A stretch of 61,669 nucleotides of DNA, filler included, from Dirinaria sp. TL-2023a (taxonomy: Eukaryota), in assembly GCA_051941275.1 (NCBI GenBank). It is 4 parts of 4 records of this genome, joined end to end, with 100 filler letters (N's around TTAATTAATTAA, not from the genome) between each part and the next. Parts side by side here need not be neighbours in the genome. Positions count along the whole stretch, not along the records: positions 30,932 to 46,261 come from JAVEBF010000553.1; positions 46,362 to 61,669 come from JAVEBF010000554.1; 2 more parts are not named here. One strand, given 5' to 3'. A model generated the notes under the pieces. It searched no databases. It was not told the DNA's origin and saw only the letters and a program-made list of their open reading frames with translations. Within the stretch, counting starts at the first letter, position 1. Each line of letters starts with the position of its first letter. Shown here piece by piece: positions 36,470 through 48,174 of the stretch. Made by a program: the position numbers and the translations under genes.

Positions 36470-37187
36470 AGCGTTGAAGGTCCAAGAAGATTTTAGCTTC
36501 TGCACAAGACTTCGATCCGCAAGGCACTGGTTACAGCTCTGGGTGATAAGTTGCTTCGTATAAGGACAAGCACCGCACCTTGTTTTTTTGCTTATAAGGA
36601 GCAAGTTGCTGGTAATTCGAGTGCAAAGCCACGAGTGCTAGTATATGATTCATATAATCGATATGCTTTGCTCTTGATACATGACTGCCAATTATCTCTT
36701 CATTTGCTCGGAATTGCGTTTGTGGTTGGTGATTATGGTGAAGATGAAGTAAGCCTGGGATGCATGCATGCCATGTTAGAATTCAGGACGACCCCTTCAT
36801 GAGAATGAATTCGTTATGGTAGTGTAATGGTACTCAAGATCATCACCTAATCTAGAGTACCTGACTGTAATGTGGATAGGATGACTGGGCGCCTTGCATT
36901 TAATCAATATTGTACGCCAAGGCCGCTGACTGTCCCCAACTCAAATCCCGCTCCCTGTGCAAACATCCCAAAGTCTGCAAACAAGCAAACACGCGTCAAC
37001 ACTAGACTTCTACATCCAGGTAAGAACATCTCGACTCTCCTGCTTTTGGCCATGGATCACACAAAGGGCGCAATGGCTCATACTGAGACCAAGCAAACCT
37101 TCTCGAACTCAGTGCCAGCTGCGCGACTGAGTTACAGCCCGTTCGCGCCCATACCCACCAACAGTAGAGCATTGAGCCAAACCTCAG

Positions 37188-38615
37188 ATGGCCCTTCAGA
37201 CTGGCCCTTACTACTCTCGATCTCTCAATCATCCCGAAGAAGAGGTGTGTGCTGGAGATCAACATGTCCAATACCCAGACTTGGACTCTTCAATGGCGCC
37301 AATGTACTCCCTAAATGATGGAGCCCTTCACATTCATCCAAGTACGACGGGCAATCAGAATCGTCACCTTGCCGGACTCATGCAGGCAGCCACAGCTGCT
37401 GCGGATGAAAGTGCGAACTACACCGGGGCATCTGGCACTTCTGATGCCTCAAGCTTAGCAAGACAGCAGAGAGGCACAGTCACTGGTAGGCTATCTCCTT
37501 AATGCGGGTCATTACACTTTTATGTAAGCTAAGAAAGTACAGAAACAATAACGACGTTTGCGAGTGCTGAGCAAGGGCTCTCAAGCACGAGCAGTCGAAA
37601 TGCATCGTCGCGCAAGCGAAAGCGGCAGACTAATTTCCAGGAACCTCAATATGCGTCGCAAGTCCCATTGCACGAAGAGGCAAATTCAGGAAAATCAGCG
37701 CTCAGGCCCAAGCAGGACTCTCAAGAGGCAATTGATAGTGATACATCCGTTGCCGGAATACAGTCGGCCGCAGCGCTCTTTCGAAGCCCATCATCTTCGA
37801 GTAAGAAATACACTAGACCTCCCATGTCTAAGCTGTACACTTCACTCGAATTGAGTCCAGAAAACTTCCTCCACCTACAAGCTACGGCAAAGTCATACAT
37901 GCTCGATCCAGAACATCCCGAGCGCAGGGATTGCGTGGGCCAGCGTGGCAGGGGGGACTCGGAACTTGTCAAGATGAGGCTCTGGAACTGCGTCGCGCGT
38001 TTCCTCGACGAAGACCGCCATGGTCAATCTTACTTTGGGGAAGATGTCCCTGGCAATGAGGGCGCGAAAAGGACGATGTCCTGGCCAAGGGATAGGAGCA
38101 AGATCATTGGGGCAGTGATACCTTTGCTGCGACGCATGGTCACAAATGAGAGGCAGAGGCAATATGCTGTGGAGACTCGAAAGGGGACCAGTTCAAGCAG
38201 GGAGAAAAAGATAGTACCCGAAGACCCAATGGTACTAGACGACTCCCGGTCGAAGCAAGATTCCCAGCCAGTTGCGAATGGCGAAGAAGTGTTGTCGGTC
38301 CGTGGCAGCGAAAGCTTCAAATTGCAGTTCAACATACATGTACTCCGAGATGGACATCGGGTTATTCAGCAGCGGTTTGACACCCTGGCCGAAGAATGCC
38401 CGGATCGCCAGCAGATATATGCGCAGCTTCTCCAAGTCCAAGACGGAGGTATTGTTACCAGTCTTGAGGGAGTCAGGGTCAGCGTACTGCTGCCGCAAGG
38501 CCTTGTGGCGGTAAACAGCGATAGTGACTGGCTGCAAGCATTGTCCTCCGTTCGAGGGACGGTTTGGATGGACGGGGAGGTCAAAGTTCTGATCGAATTA
38601 CCTCCCAATCAGTAA
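37188..38615 (+). CDS. Conserved fungal hypothetical protein (possibly nuclear)
   Basis: ORF 37188 splices (about 37487-37542) into the frame of ORF 37668-38615. It has an RKRKR NLS-like stretch and a conserved-looking block YTRPPMSKLYTSLELSPENFLHLQ...LLRRMVTNERQRQYA. The start is uncertain. Confidence 0.7.
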
Positions 38616-39340
38616 TAATGATTATTGAATTGAGCAATCTTAGCATCATCCCGGGCTTCCCAGCTACTGCGTCCGCTACCGTGCAACGACAAAGTTGCCG
38701 AACGCATGAGAAGCGTCGAACCAACAGGCTCTTTTGAAATCGACAGCCGGCTGCATGATCCCTTTTCGCCCAAACGCTAAGGTAAGACAGGGGCCCGAAC
38801 CACGCGACGAGGCGTGCTCGGCGTGCTCATAGCTTACCTAGACGAGAAACATGTCCTGCAGTACGAAGTTATGCAGGTCACTCTGTCTGGTCTGACGTGC
38901 AGCCTGCATCGATCTGTTTTTTTTTTGGTCCAACTCATCTTCGTTTTTCATCTCGTTCATTTCACGCTAGATGGCCATGTTTAATCTCCGTAAAATTATT
39001 CATGTTTACAATTGTGTTAATGATGATGGCAGAGACAGGTCGCCGGTATCGTTCCCCTTCCCTGCCTCTCTCGAACTACCTTACCTTCGGCTTCGTGTTC
39101 TACTCTTAGCGTATGTGTAGATCCGAGCGGCCAAGAGATGTTCCGGGCAGAGCTCCCCCTCGTTCCCTTCAGGCATTACAAACCGACGAAAGAGGGCAAG
39201 AGACGGATGAAGGATCGCGCGTATGGGTTCTCTTAGGGTTTGCCGGGCTGCCGATCCTCGTGGAAGCTGGGGTTGACATGGGGCCTCGGTGCCTTCCCCC
39301 TCCCCCACCGGGCCAGGAAAATACCTACTAGTGAGATATA

Positions 39341-39396
39341 GCCCATCCAAGCCCATCCAAGCCCATCCAAGCCCATTCAAGCCCATCCCAGCCCAT
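39341..39396. repeat. GCCCATCCAA 10-bp minisatellite (about 5.5 copies)
   Basis: Directly visible tandem array upstream of the G-alpha gene. Confidence 0.9.
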
Positions 39397-40285
39397 GTAC
39401 CTTAGTAGTCACTTTTGCCTCGGTGAGTGAGCCACACACGCTGGAACTGGCACTTAAAAGTCCCACCGTCAGCTTATGCCAACCCTCATCTACCTTAGCT
39501 TCACTTCTCCGGTCCTACAACCTCGGTGATTTCCTCATAGCTGTTTCGTCCCTCTCTCTGCCCCAAAGCTTGTTCTGCTGGCCCTCCCGCAGTAACATAC
39601 CCACACATGATTGAGCGCTCTCCGAACGCCATCCCCAACCTACACGGAACGCTCGGATGCTGCTTGAAGAGTTGTATTCGTTGCATTATTGACAAGCTTT
39701 GACTTCAAAGCCTTTGACAACCATACCATCTACATCATTCAATCTACTTACTCTCTCCTACACGTAAGTGATAGCTAGAGGTCTCTGTTCCTCGCGCCCC
39801 GCTTCTCGATATTGTCCTCCCCGCGTTGAACAGAGTCCTTGACCTCAGAACCAGCAGAGCGTCATTGCGCGGGTCAATTCACTAGGTAGTGCCTCGACAG
39901 GTTGTTGTCGTTGCTGTGTGACCAGAGGCTGACTCCCGTGCGCTTCAACTGGCAGGCTGCAACACTTGAAAAAGCCACTCAGCTTACTATACCATAATAG
40001 AGTTACCATCTCTCACAATAAGAGCACTTCCAATTCACCGCCGCCGCAGTCCCGCCGAGGAACTTGCATATGATTGTCAACTCCAGCGTCGTATCGCTTA
40101 AACGAATCTAGATTAAGCCAGCTAGATAACATTTGCATGAGGCTCATTCAGGGCTCTGTTTCATTTGCAAGCTCAAAGAGTAGATTCCACAACCAACGAA
40201 CGTGAGAGCTTAGTGAAAACAACACATCTGCTCATCTGCGAATTTGCCCTGTTACCGGTTTTCCGTCGCTTCGATGGTCTTTAGC

Positions 40286-41574
40286 ATGTGTTTCCCCAAG
40301 GCTGGAGGCAATGCCCTCACCCGATCAACGAGCGAGGAAAGGAGAAAGAACGCTGAAATAGACAAATTGCTAAGAAGGGATAAAAAGGTACAAGCAAAGC
40401 AGGTGAAGATTCTGCTGCTCGGTAAGTCTTGCACACTAAGGTACTCTCCATATCTAATAATAATCATAGGCGCTGGCGAGTCTGGGAAATCAACGATACT
40501 CAAACAGATGCGAATCATATACGCTGAAGGGTTTCGTCTTGATGAGCGTAAAGAAATCCGGCAAGTGATATTTTCCAACATGGTTGTCGCGTTCAAGATT
40601 ATCGCCGAAGAGATGCGGGAGCTGGGACAAGATTATGAGAACCCCGAGTCTGAGGTTGGAAACAATCACTTGTATGAACCATGGACCCTTGGGCTAATAC
40701 CATTTTAAGGAACACGAGAAGATTATAGCAGCCGCGGAGGACCTTGGTCCGGAAGACCAGTTCCCTCAAAAATGCCTTCCGGCTATGAAGGCGCTGTGGA
40801 ATGATCCATCGGTCCAGTCAACGATCAAACGCGGGAACGAGTTTGCTCTTCATGACAATATACAATAGTAAATCCCGCGACGCTTCCACGAAAGCCTTTG
40901 TGCTAACACTGCTCAGCTATTACAACAACATTGACCGCCTCTTTTCACCTGATTACTTGCCTAATGATCAAGATGTTCTCCGCTCCCGACTACGCACAAC
41001 TGGGATCACCGAAACTCTGTTTGAGCTTGGCCAACTGAACTACCACATGTTCGACGTTGGTGGCCAACGATCCGAACGAAAGAAATGGGTTCACTGCTTT
41101 GAGGGGGTCCATTGCCTCATGTTTGTAGCTGCTCTCAGTGGCTACGATCAGTGCCTAGTAGAAGACAAGACCGCTGTATGTCCTACCCGCTGCTTGTTGA
41201 ACGATAGAAACTGATCTCTCCCGGCCTTTCAGAACCAAATGCAAGAGGCTCTTCTGCTTTTTGAGTCGATCATGAGCCTGGCGTGGTTCAAGGGTTCATC
41301 TATCATCCTTTTCCTCAACAAAATCGACCTGTTCAAGGAGAAACTCGCCGAAAAACCGGTGTCGGAGTATTTCCCGGACTACACGGGCGCAAAGGATGAT
41401 TACAATGCAGCATCGAAGTACTTCGCCACCAAGTTCAAAAGTCTCAACCGGACCGAGGACCGGGAGATCTATGTGCATTTTACCAACGCGACCGACACAA
41501 ATCTGCTCAAAATAACCATGGCGAGTGTTCAGGACACTATCATCCAGAGCAACCTGTCAACCTTGATCCTATAA
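40286..41574 (+). CDS. Heterotrimeric G-protein alpha subunit, fungal group II (GNA-2/GanA/MagC-like)
   Basis: [41 protein letters not shown] and TNATDT. The N-terminus is MCF without a myristoylation Gly, typical of group II. An alternative ATG lies at 40274. Confidence 0.93.
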
Positions 41575-42227
41575 AGTTGGGGCTCCGAATTCCTGAACCC
41601 TATAGCTTTACGACATCGCTTTCGCTGTCTACGATTTCCATCATCATATACCCTGTTGCACTGCATGAGCGAGCTTTACTTCTTCCTCCTGTCTTCGCTT
41701 CGTAGAAAGCATGTAGAGAGACGTTCTTGGACTGTTATGTATGTAGAATCGGTGGGCATAAAAGCTGTTGCTTCAGAGCGACTTTGGAAAACGTGAATAT
41801 ATTTTTTAACATACACCGATTAAATACTGTATGTGTCGCCTTGCGTCAATGGAAGCCGGAGAGTTTTGTACTCCGTACTCGCTCGGATTGACAGTTGCCT
41901 CAATACTGCTACTTATGTGTACGTAGCGACTTTTGTGCAACATGCAACCGAGGGAGGCAATAACGGATCTGACTACATACATTTCTTACCTGAGCTCGCC
42001 GAGGGAAGGTACCTGTCTCGCATACCTTACTGTACCTCGTCTCGCTCGTGTAATAGTAAGGTACATTACATTACTTTATTGACCATCTATCGGCCCGACT
42101 GTGGAGCCGGAAGCTGGGCAAAACGTACTCCACCCACAAAGAAACTTGACTATGTACTTGAAGTACTCTTTTCTATTGTAAGGCGACTCATCTCCGTGCA
42201 ACCTTGCATATCTCCATTCTCTCGGCT

Positions 42228-43375
42228 ATGTTGTCCTCTTACTGGAACGAAATTGCTCGTAGAAACGCCTGGACTTGCCTATCCTGCTCTGTCAGGTCCT
42301 CACCCCAACTCCTCCCAGCGAGTTCCACCACCCGGTCCGTCCCCTCGAGCCTACATCAGCGCAGACCTTCCTCGTCAAAATCCCTCAATCCGCCTAAGAA
42401 TGAACATCGAGCAATCAGTACCCAGTCTGAGGCTCCGGCTGCAGAAATTCCAAAGCGGCCAAGTACCCGCAAAGCTCGAGACGCTGCGGGAGATCAAGTA
42501 GCGAGACACAACGAAACCCGACTGAATCTACCAAGCGTGCCTTCAACGCAGCACTTACATCCCCCTTGTTGGTTTATACTATACTAGACGTCTCTGAGCT
42601 TGTGCTAAGTCCACTCATAGCGATACATGTAGCTTCCTTTTTCTCTATTCATAGACCCATATCCGTTACTACAGCAGTCCCCCCAAAGTGCACCGACTCT
42701 GCATTCTCCTCAATCTTTTCAACACGCGAGCAAAGCAAAGATGAGCGCTCAGAAGTAATCGATACCATTTCCGGGGCTATTGACAATATGGAAGACGATG
42801 CTGTGGAGCAATTTCGGCAAGCAGAAAGTCAGCAAGAGTCTAGCCCGCAAGCTGCAATCGCTCAAAACTCAGCTTACCATTCTGAGCTAGGCAACGCTGC
42901 AGAGTTCAATGTGCAACAACCCAAGACCATACATATCAGCCTACAGGAGCTAGCCAAGAACTTCCAACCCTTCACTCCCCCACCAACGCCAGCCCCTATG
43001 GATCCGAAGACACCTGCGGAGCGAAGTGCCCAGCCAGCCGCTCAAAAGAAATACACCACAACGCTCACCATCTTTGAAAGTACCTACCCCAACGGACACA
43101 GGACATACAGGGCACGCACTTCTCCGATCATGGAAGAATCAGTACAGAAACAAGCCTCAGACATCAGCAAACCTTCGACCGTGCGGCAACCGTTCCTAAA
43201 CCGGCTGCGGGAAAGGCATCGACAGCTTGAGCAGAGGCAGGAAAAGGGGACTCGCAAAGAGGTCTGGCGGACTCTTAGCGTCAAAAGGCAAAGAAAGCTC
43301 AAGATGAAGAAGCACAAGTATAGGAAATACCTGCGCCGGACGAGAACCCTCAGGAGGAGACTTGATCGAGCTTGA
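42228..43375 (+). CDS. COX24: Mitochondrial small ribosomal subunit protein mS38 / COX24-like (DUF1713)
   Basis: Presequence-like N-terminus, SFFSIHRPIS, and basic C-terminus SVKRQRKLKMKKHKYRKYLRRTR; one intron near 42570-42620. Confidence 0.8.
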
Positions 43376-43955
43376 TTGAAATTAATCTAACGGCGATTGG
43401 TTTTCATAGCGGAGAAGCTTTCGTTTACACTCGTGGGGCGAGAGGCGTTATTTTCTACGGTATCCAGCTACACATTCTGGTATTAGAATCGATGCAACAC
43501 CATCATGAGAATTTGCCAAGTCATCAAGAAACAGTTGATCACCACAGCTGAGGATTGATTGGTTTGCTTTCATCGGGCTTGTGACGGATGCATAATGTCG
43601 ATCACTTGTTAGCTACATGCATTACCCTTTAGGCGTCAATGGTCGAAGTACACGGTACACACCATTATTTCCATGTACCACCTCTGCGCCCATACCTACC
43701 TTGAGTTCCACATGGGTAACACTTTCAGCTCTTTGGAAATGCCGTAATATCTGATCTACTGTTTTGCTCCGTAAAACACGGCATTTTGACTTTCTGTCCT
43801 TCACTGCCGCTCAACGTGGACGTCAAGTGCCCCGCGTAACCCCACATCGCCAGCTGACAGATGAGCCCGCGTCACCGTGTCTTGGGTACTTGTACTCTTT
43901 TACGATAACACGCTAACAACATTCTCTGTTCTTGATCTCTTAACATACCGTCGAC

Positions 43956-46189
43956 ATGATTCCTAGCGGTAATGCCCGGGCTTCGCCAACGAGCAAAGGG
44001 GCAGAGCAAGCGGCACTCCCAGCACCCTTGGATCCTCTCAGACCAACATCGTTCTTCCTGGCTAATGAAGAGGCCGTCGAAAAATCTATCTCCTCTGAAC
44101 CAGGTGTCGATAGTACATTTGGGGTTCGAAGTCTCCAGGACACGACAGCAGACGTGGCCGACGAGGCTTCGAGAAAGAACCTTGTAGAGGCTAATGATGT
44201 GGACGACGCGGACGGCGAGAGTATAAGAAGACGGTACACATTGAAGCCCAGACTTTCTCCACAGAATAGCAATCTCCAAGTGCTGGAAGCCGAGTCTCTC
44301 GCGAACACAGCCAACTCCTCTCCCCGAAAACTCCTACGCCGTTCATCTCCTCCAAGTACTTCCCAGTCACTCGCTTCGCTATCGCAGGCTTCACAAGACC
44401 TGAGTTCATCGCTGTCAAGTAGTCCAAAATCGATCTCGAATAGGTCCTTCAGGCCTTCCGATGCCGATTCCGCGGATGGTGCAAGTCAAGCGGTAGCCTC
44501 AAGCGAGGATGAAGCTGAAGTGTCGCCGGAAGTGGGGGATAGCGCTCCACAGCTTATCATGCCGAGCATCAAGATACCCAGCAGAAGGCCTTTCACCGAT
44601 CGAGGGAAACGGATCGGGCGGTTGAAGATACTCATCGCTGGTGATTCAGGTACGGACACTTGCTGCAACTGGTCCTCACACTTCAGCTGACATTGAAAAG
44701 GTGTTGGCAAGAGCTCTCTCATAAAGTCTGTTGTACAGATGTGCGAAGACATTGTTCACGTCGACCCATTGTCTCCATCATCCTCCTATTCTGAGCAGTC
44801 CTTCCATCCGAAAAGCAGAGTCAAACGAGATGCCGTTGCGACTGGCAGAACGGAACATGTAACGGAGGTATTCGCAAGCACTAAGCCTTACCCTCTGTGG
44901 TGGTCGGAGATTGAAGAGCACAAGGTCTTTCGAAAACACAAGAGCATGGGCGATGCTGTACTGGAGCGAAACATTTGCTTCGTCGACACACCCGGTTATG
45001 GCCGGGAACCGTCTGCTATGGAGCTGGTGCTACAGTATCTTGAAGAACAGCTGTCTAGAACGCTTTCTTCTGCCTGCATGACCGAAAGAGACCTTGTGAG
45101 TATGCTAAGTGGGGATGGTGGGACACAAGTTGACCTTGTCCTTTATATGGTATCTCAAGGTATCTTACGCATGCCCAAGTGTTTCGCATCTGTGCTGACG
45201 ACTTTTCGGACACAGACATCAAGCCTACGGATCTAGATTTCTTACGTCGTTTAACAGCTTTCACCAACGTTGTGCCATTGATTGCCAAAGCGGATCTACT
45301 GTCCCAAGCAGAAGTAGAAGCATTAAAGGCAACCATGGCGGAGAAACTCGGAGCTGCTGGAACTACGACCTTTACGCTCAACAGCGATTCTGTCAATCCT
45401 CCACCATACACAGTCTGCTCTGCACCCTCAAAGGATGAAGACACAATGGACGCCAGCCTCCTGATGTCTCCCGATTACGTTCAACCTCTCATCTCGTCCG
45501 AGCTCAACCATGTGGTGCAGCAAATCTTCGACCCAGAGAACATCCCCCGCCTGCGCCATCTCGCGGCCGCGAAACTCGTCCGGCATCAAATCTCCGCTTC
45601 ACCTTCCGCAACCCTATTCAACAGCAGACTCGGAAACCCACCATTTTCACCAACATCGACCGCTTCTTTCGCCACAAGATCCCAGTCCCTAACCCAATAC
45701 ACCAACTTCCCCTCGTCGTACCTGCAGGCCCAAATCGCGGACCACACTCTCCGCGAGGAACGCCTCGCGCAAGCTCGGCTCGCCAGGTGGGCCACGGACC
45801 TGCAGCGCGGATTACACAACGAACGGGCGCGCTACGAGGCGCTTGCGCGCGGCGAGCGAGCCGTGTGGCTCACGCAGCGGCTGAGCGAGTGTGCCAACGA
45901 CGAGACTCCTTCATCAGGGAAGAACCTTCCCCAGACAGCAGCGGTGGTGAAATGGAGCTCTTCTCCTTCTCCTCGAACGAAGCCAGGAGCGCGCAGCGAG
46001 ATGGACGCCAGCGATCCGCTGGGCCTGGTCAATTGGGCGGACGTGATGCGGCGGAGAGGCTGGACGATCCTCGAAGTCGTGGGCGGGTTCGGCGTGCTCG
46101 GCGCCATGGCGGTGTGGGTTGCCCGGGGCTCGGAATGGACCATGAGCGGCGAGGGGGGCTGGTGGGCATGGTGGACGGGAAGTGGGTGA
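43956..46189 (+). CDS. Septin-like P-loop GTPase-domain protein with C-terminal TM segment
   Basis: ILIAGDSG|VGKSSLIK (split by an intron), NICFVDTPGY, NVVPLIAKAD, and a hydrophobic C-terminus. Confidence 0.78.
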
Positions 46190-46261
46190 TGATCGAGGCT
46201 ATGACCACTTTTTTCTTTCTTTTCCCCCTGTTTTTGGGTGGGACGGGAAATGGGACGGGAG

Positions 46262-46361
46262 NNNNNNNNNNNNNNNNNNNNNNNNNNNNNNNNNNNNNNN
46301 NNNNNTTAATTAATTAANNNNNNNNNNNNNNNNNNNNNNNNNNNNNNNNNNNNNNNNNNNN
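46262..46361. other. Assembly gap with synthetic linker
   Basis: N-run / TTAATTAATTAA / N-run. Confidence 0.97.
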
Positions 46362-47092
46362 CAGCCGCAATACCACCTACCTCCTCATCTACAACACGCT
46401 CTCGGCCCTTCTCTGGTTCACGATCCTCGCGCGCACCGTGCTCCTGCTCCCCCTCGTGCCCACCTCACACATCCACGGCGCCGTCTCCTCCTTCACCAAA
46501 TACACCCAAACCCTCGCCATACTCGAGATCCTGCACTCGGCGCTCGGGATCGTGCGTTCTCCGCTGCTCACCACCGCCCTGCAAGTCGCGTCGCGCCTGT
46601 TCGTCGTCTGGGCCGTCGTGGAACCGTTCTACGCCGCCACCGCCCCGAGTGGGTTCTACATCTCGATGCTGATGGCGTGGAGTTCGACCGAGGTGGTGCG
46701 GTATGGTTACTTCGCGCTCAATTTGAACGGCGGGGTCCCCGGCTTCGAGAAGTACGGCGTCCCCCGCTGGGTGAGTTGGCTGCGGTACAATACTTTCTAT
46801 GTGCTGTATCCCATGGGCATCGGGAGCGAGTGTGCGTTGGTGTGGAAAGCGAGTGCGGAGACGGAGAGTACACTGGTCAAGAGCGGGTTTTGGGCCGTTT
46901 TGGCCGCGTATGTTCCAGGTAAGGGGGTCTTTCCTTTTTCATTCGTTCTTTCATTCTTTGCATGGTTGATGGGATTGGACGTGGGCGTGTTTTTGCTAAT
47001 TTTGTGTTTAAGGGAGTTATGTGCTCTACACGCATATGCTCCGGCAGAAGCGGAAAGCGCTCAGGGGCAAGGCACCGGAGAGGAGAGGGTGA
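46362..47092 (+). CDS. PHS1: Very-long-chain 3-hydroxyacyl-CoA dehydratase (PTPLA family); 5' end in the gap
   Basis: YLLIYN, QTLAILEILHSALGIVRSP, QVASR, WSSTEVVRY, WLRYNTFYVLYPMGIGSE, and last exon YTHMLRQKRK. Confidence 0.9.
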
Positions 47093-48174
47093 GCGAGGTA
47101 TGATTATCATATGGTTGTTTACCAGTAACGAGGTCTCTTGGATAAAGACCATCGACCGATTCTATTCTTCTGGATCGAATTTCGGCCCTCCCTGCATTAT
47201 CGAACACCCCCTATCACCGAACCACGAAAGCCATAATATTCGTGGTACCTAGCGCTTTGGATCGACTCCTCTCCCGACTGTTGTCCGCAAAGCTCTAGGA
47301 CTTGCCGTCCGCGAAAGCCAGGAGGTTGATTAACCTTACCGAACGCCAACAGAGGCATATCTTCTAAAACGACTCCGCAAGCTGTATTGCTTGCTCAGCC
47401 CGTCTCCCGTTGATCCGAGACCTACATAGGCTCCAGAACTATACTCAAAAGAAGGGAGGCGGGGAGACGAATTGGAAATATTTCGAGGCCTCTAGAGGCC
47501 TCATTCCCAGAGCTCGGTCGCGGACGTGATGAACACACGATTCAAGATCATCGAATGTAAATTACAAGTCATAAGAAGGGCCAGTGACACCGGTGGCTAA
47601 TAATAAAGATCGATTTGATGGTTTCCCGATGGGTGGGTATCATGTTCATATACAGGACAGACGAGATAAATAGTGTCGCAGATCATTGATAGAGACGCCA
47701 AATTCTTATCTAGATGATTCCCATTTACGGTTGTTCGCAACAGCATGCGTTGACTAGTCTCCCGCACAATGGCCTCGAATCCACTTCCTGGCAAGTCCGT
47801 AGTTTCAAAAACCTGACTGACATATGACCAGTGTGCTCGCCCTAGGGAAATCTGAGAAGCTCTTACATCAATGCAGAGAGAAGGTCACCTTTACACGGAC
47901 AAGGATGGATGCAGGATTACAGCCTTTGCCTTGGAAAGCCTTCAGCCCATATAAGGAATTGCGACGCTATAAATCAAAGCACAAAGTCGCGATATATCTG
48001 GTATTCGATGCTCCTTACCTACCCAGCCCCAAGCCAACGCCATCATCCAACCGTAATGCATGTCTCATCGTCTTCCCAGATCCAATAACATTCCTTCCCT
48101 GCTAACATGCTCGGCGTGCAGTGGCGCACTGCGAGCCGAGTTTGTATATCCTTTAAACTCCCCAGCATTCTGTC

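Noticed and set aside
41833..42501. 222-aa ORF upstream of COX24
   Set aside because: It has a non-ATG start, overlaps the real first exon in another frame, and shows no recognisable motifs.
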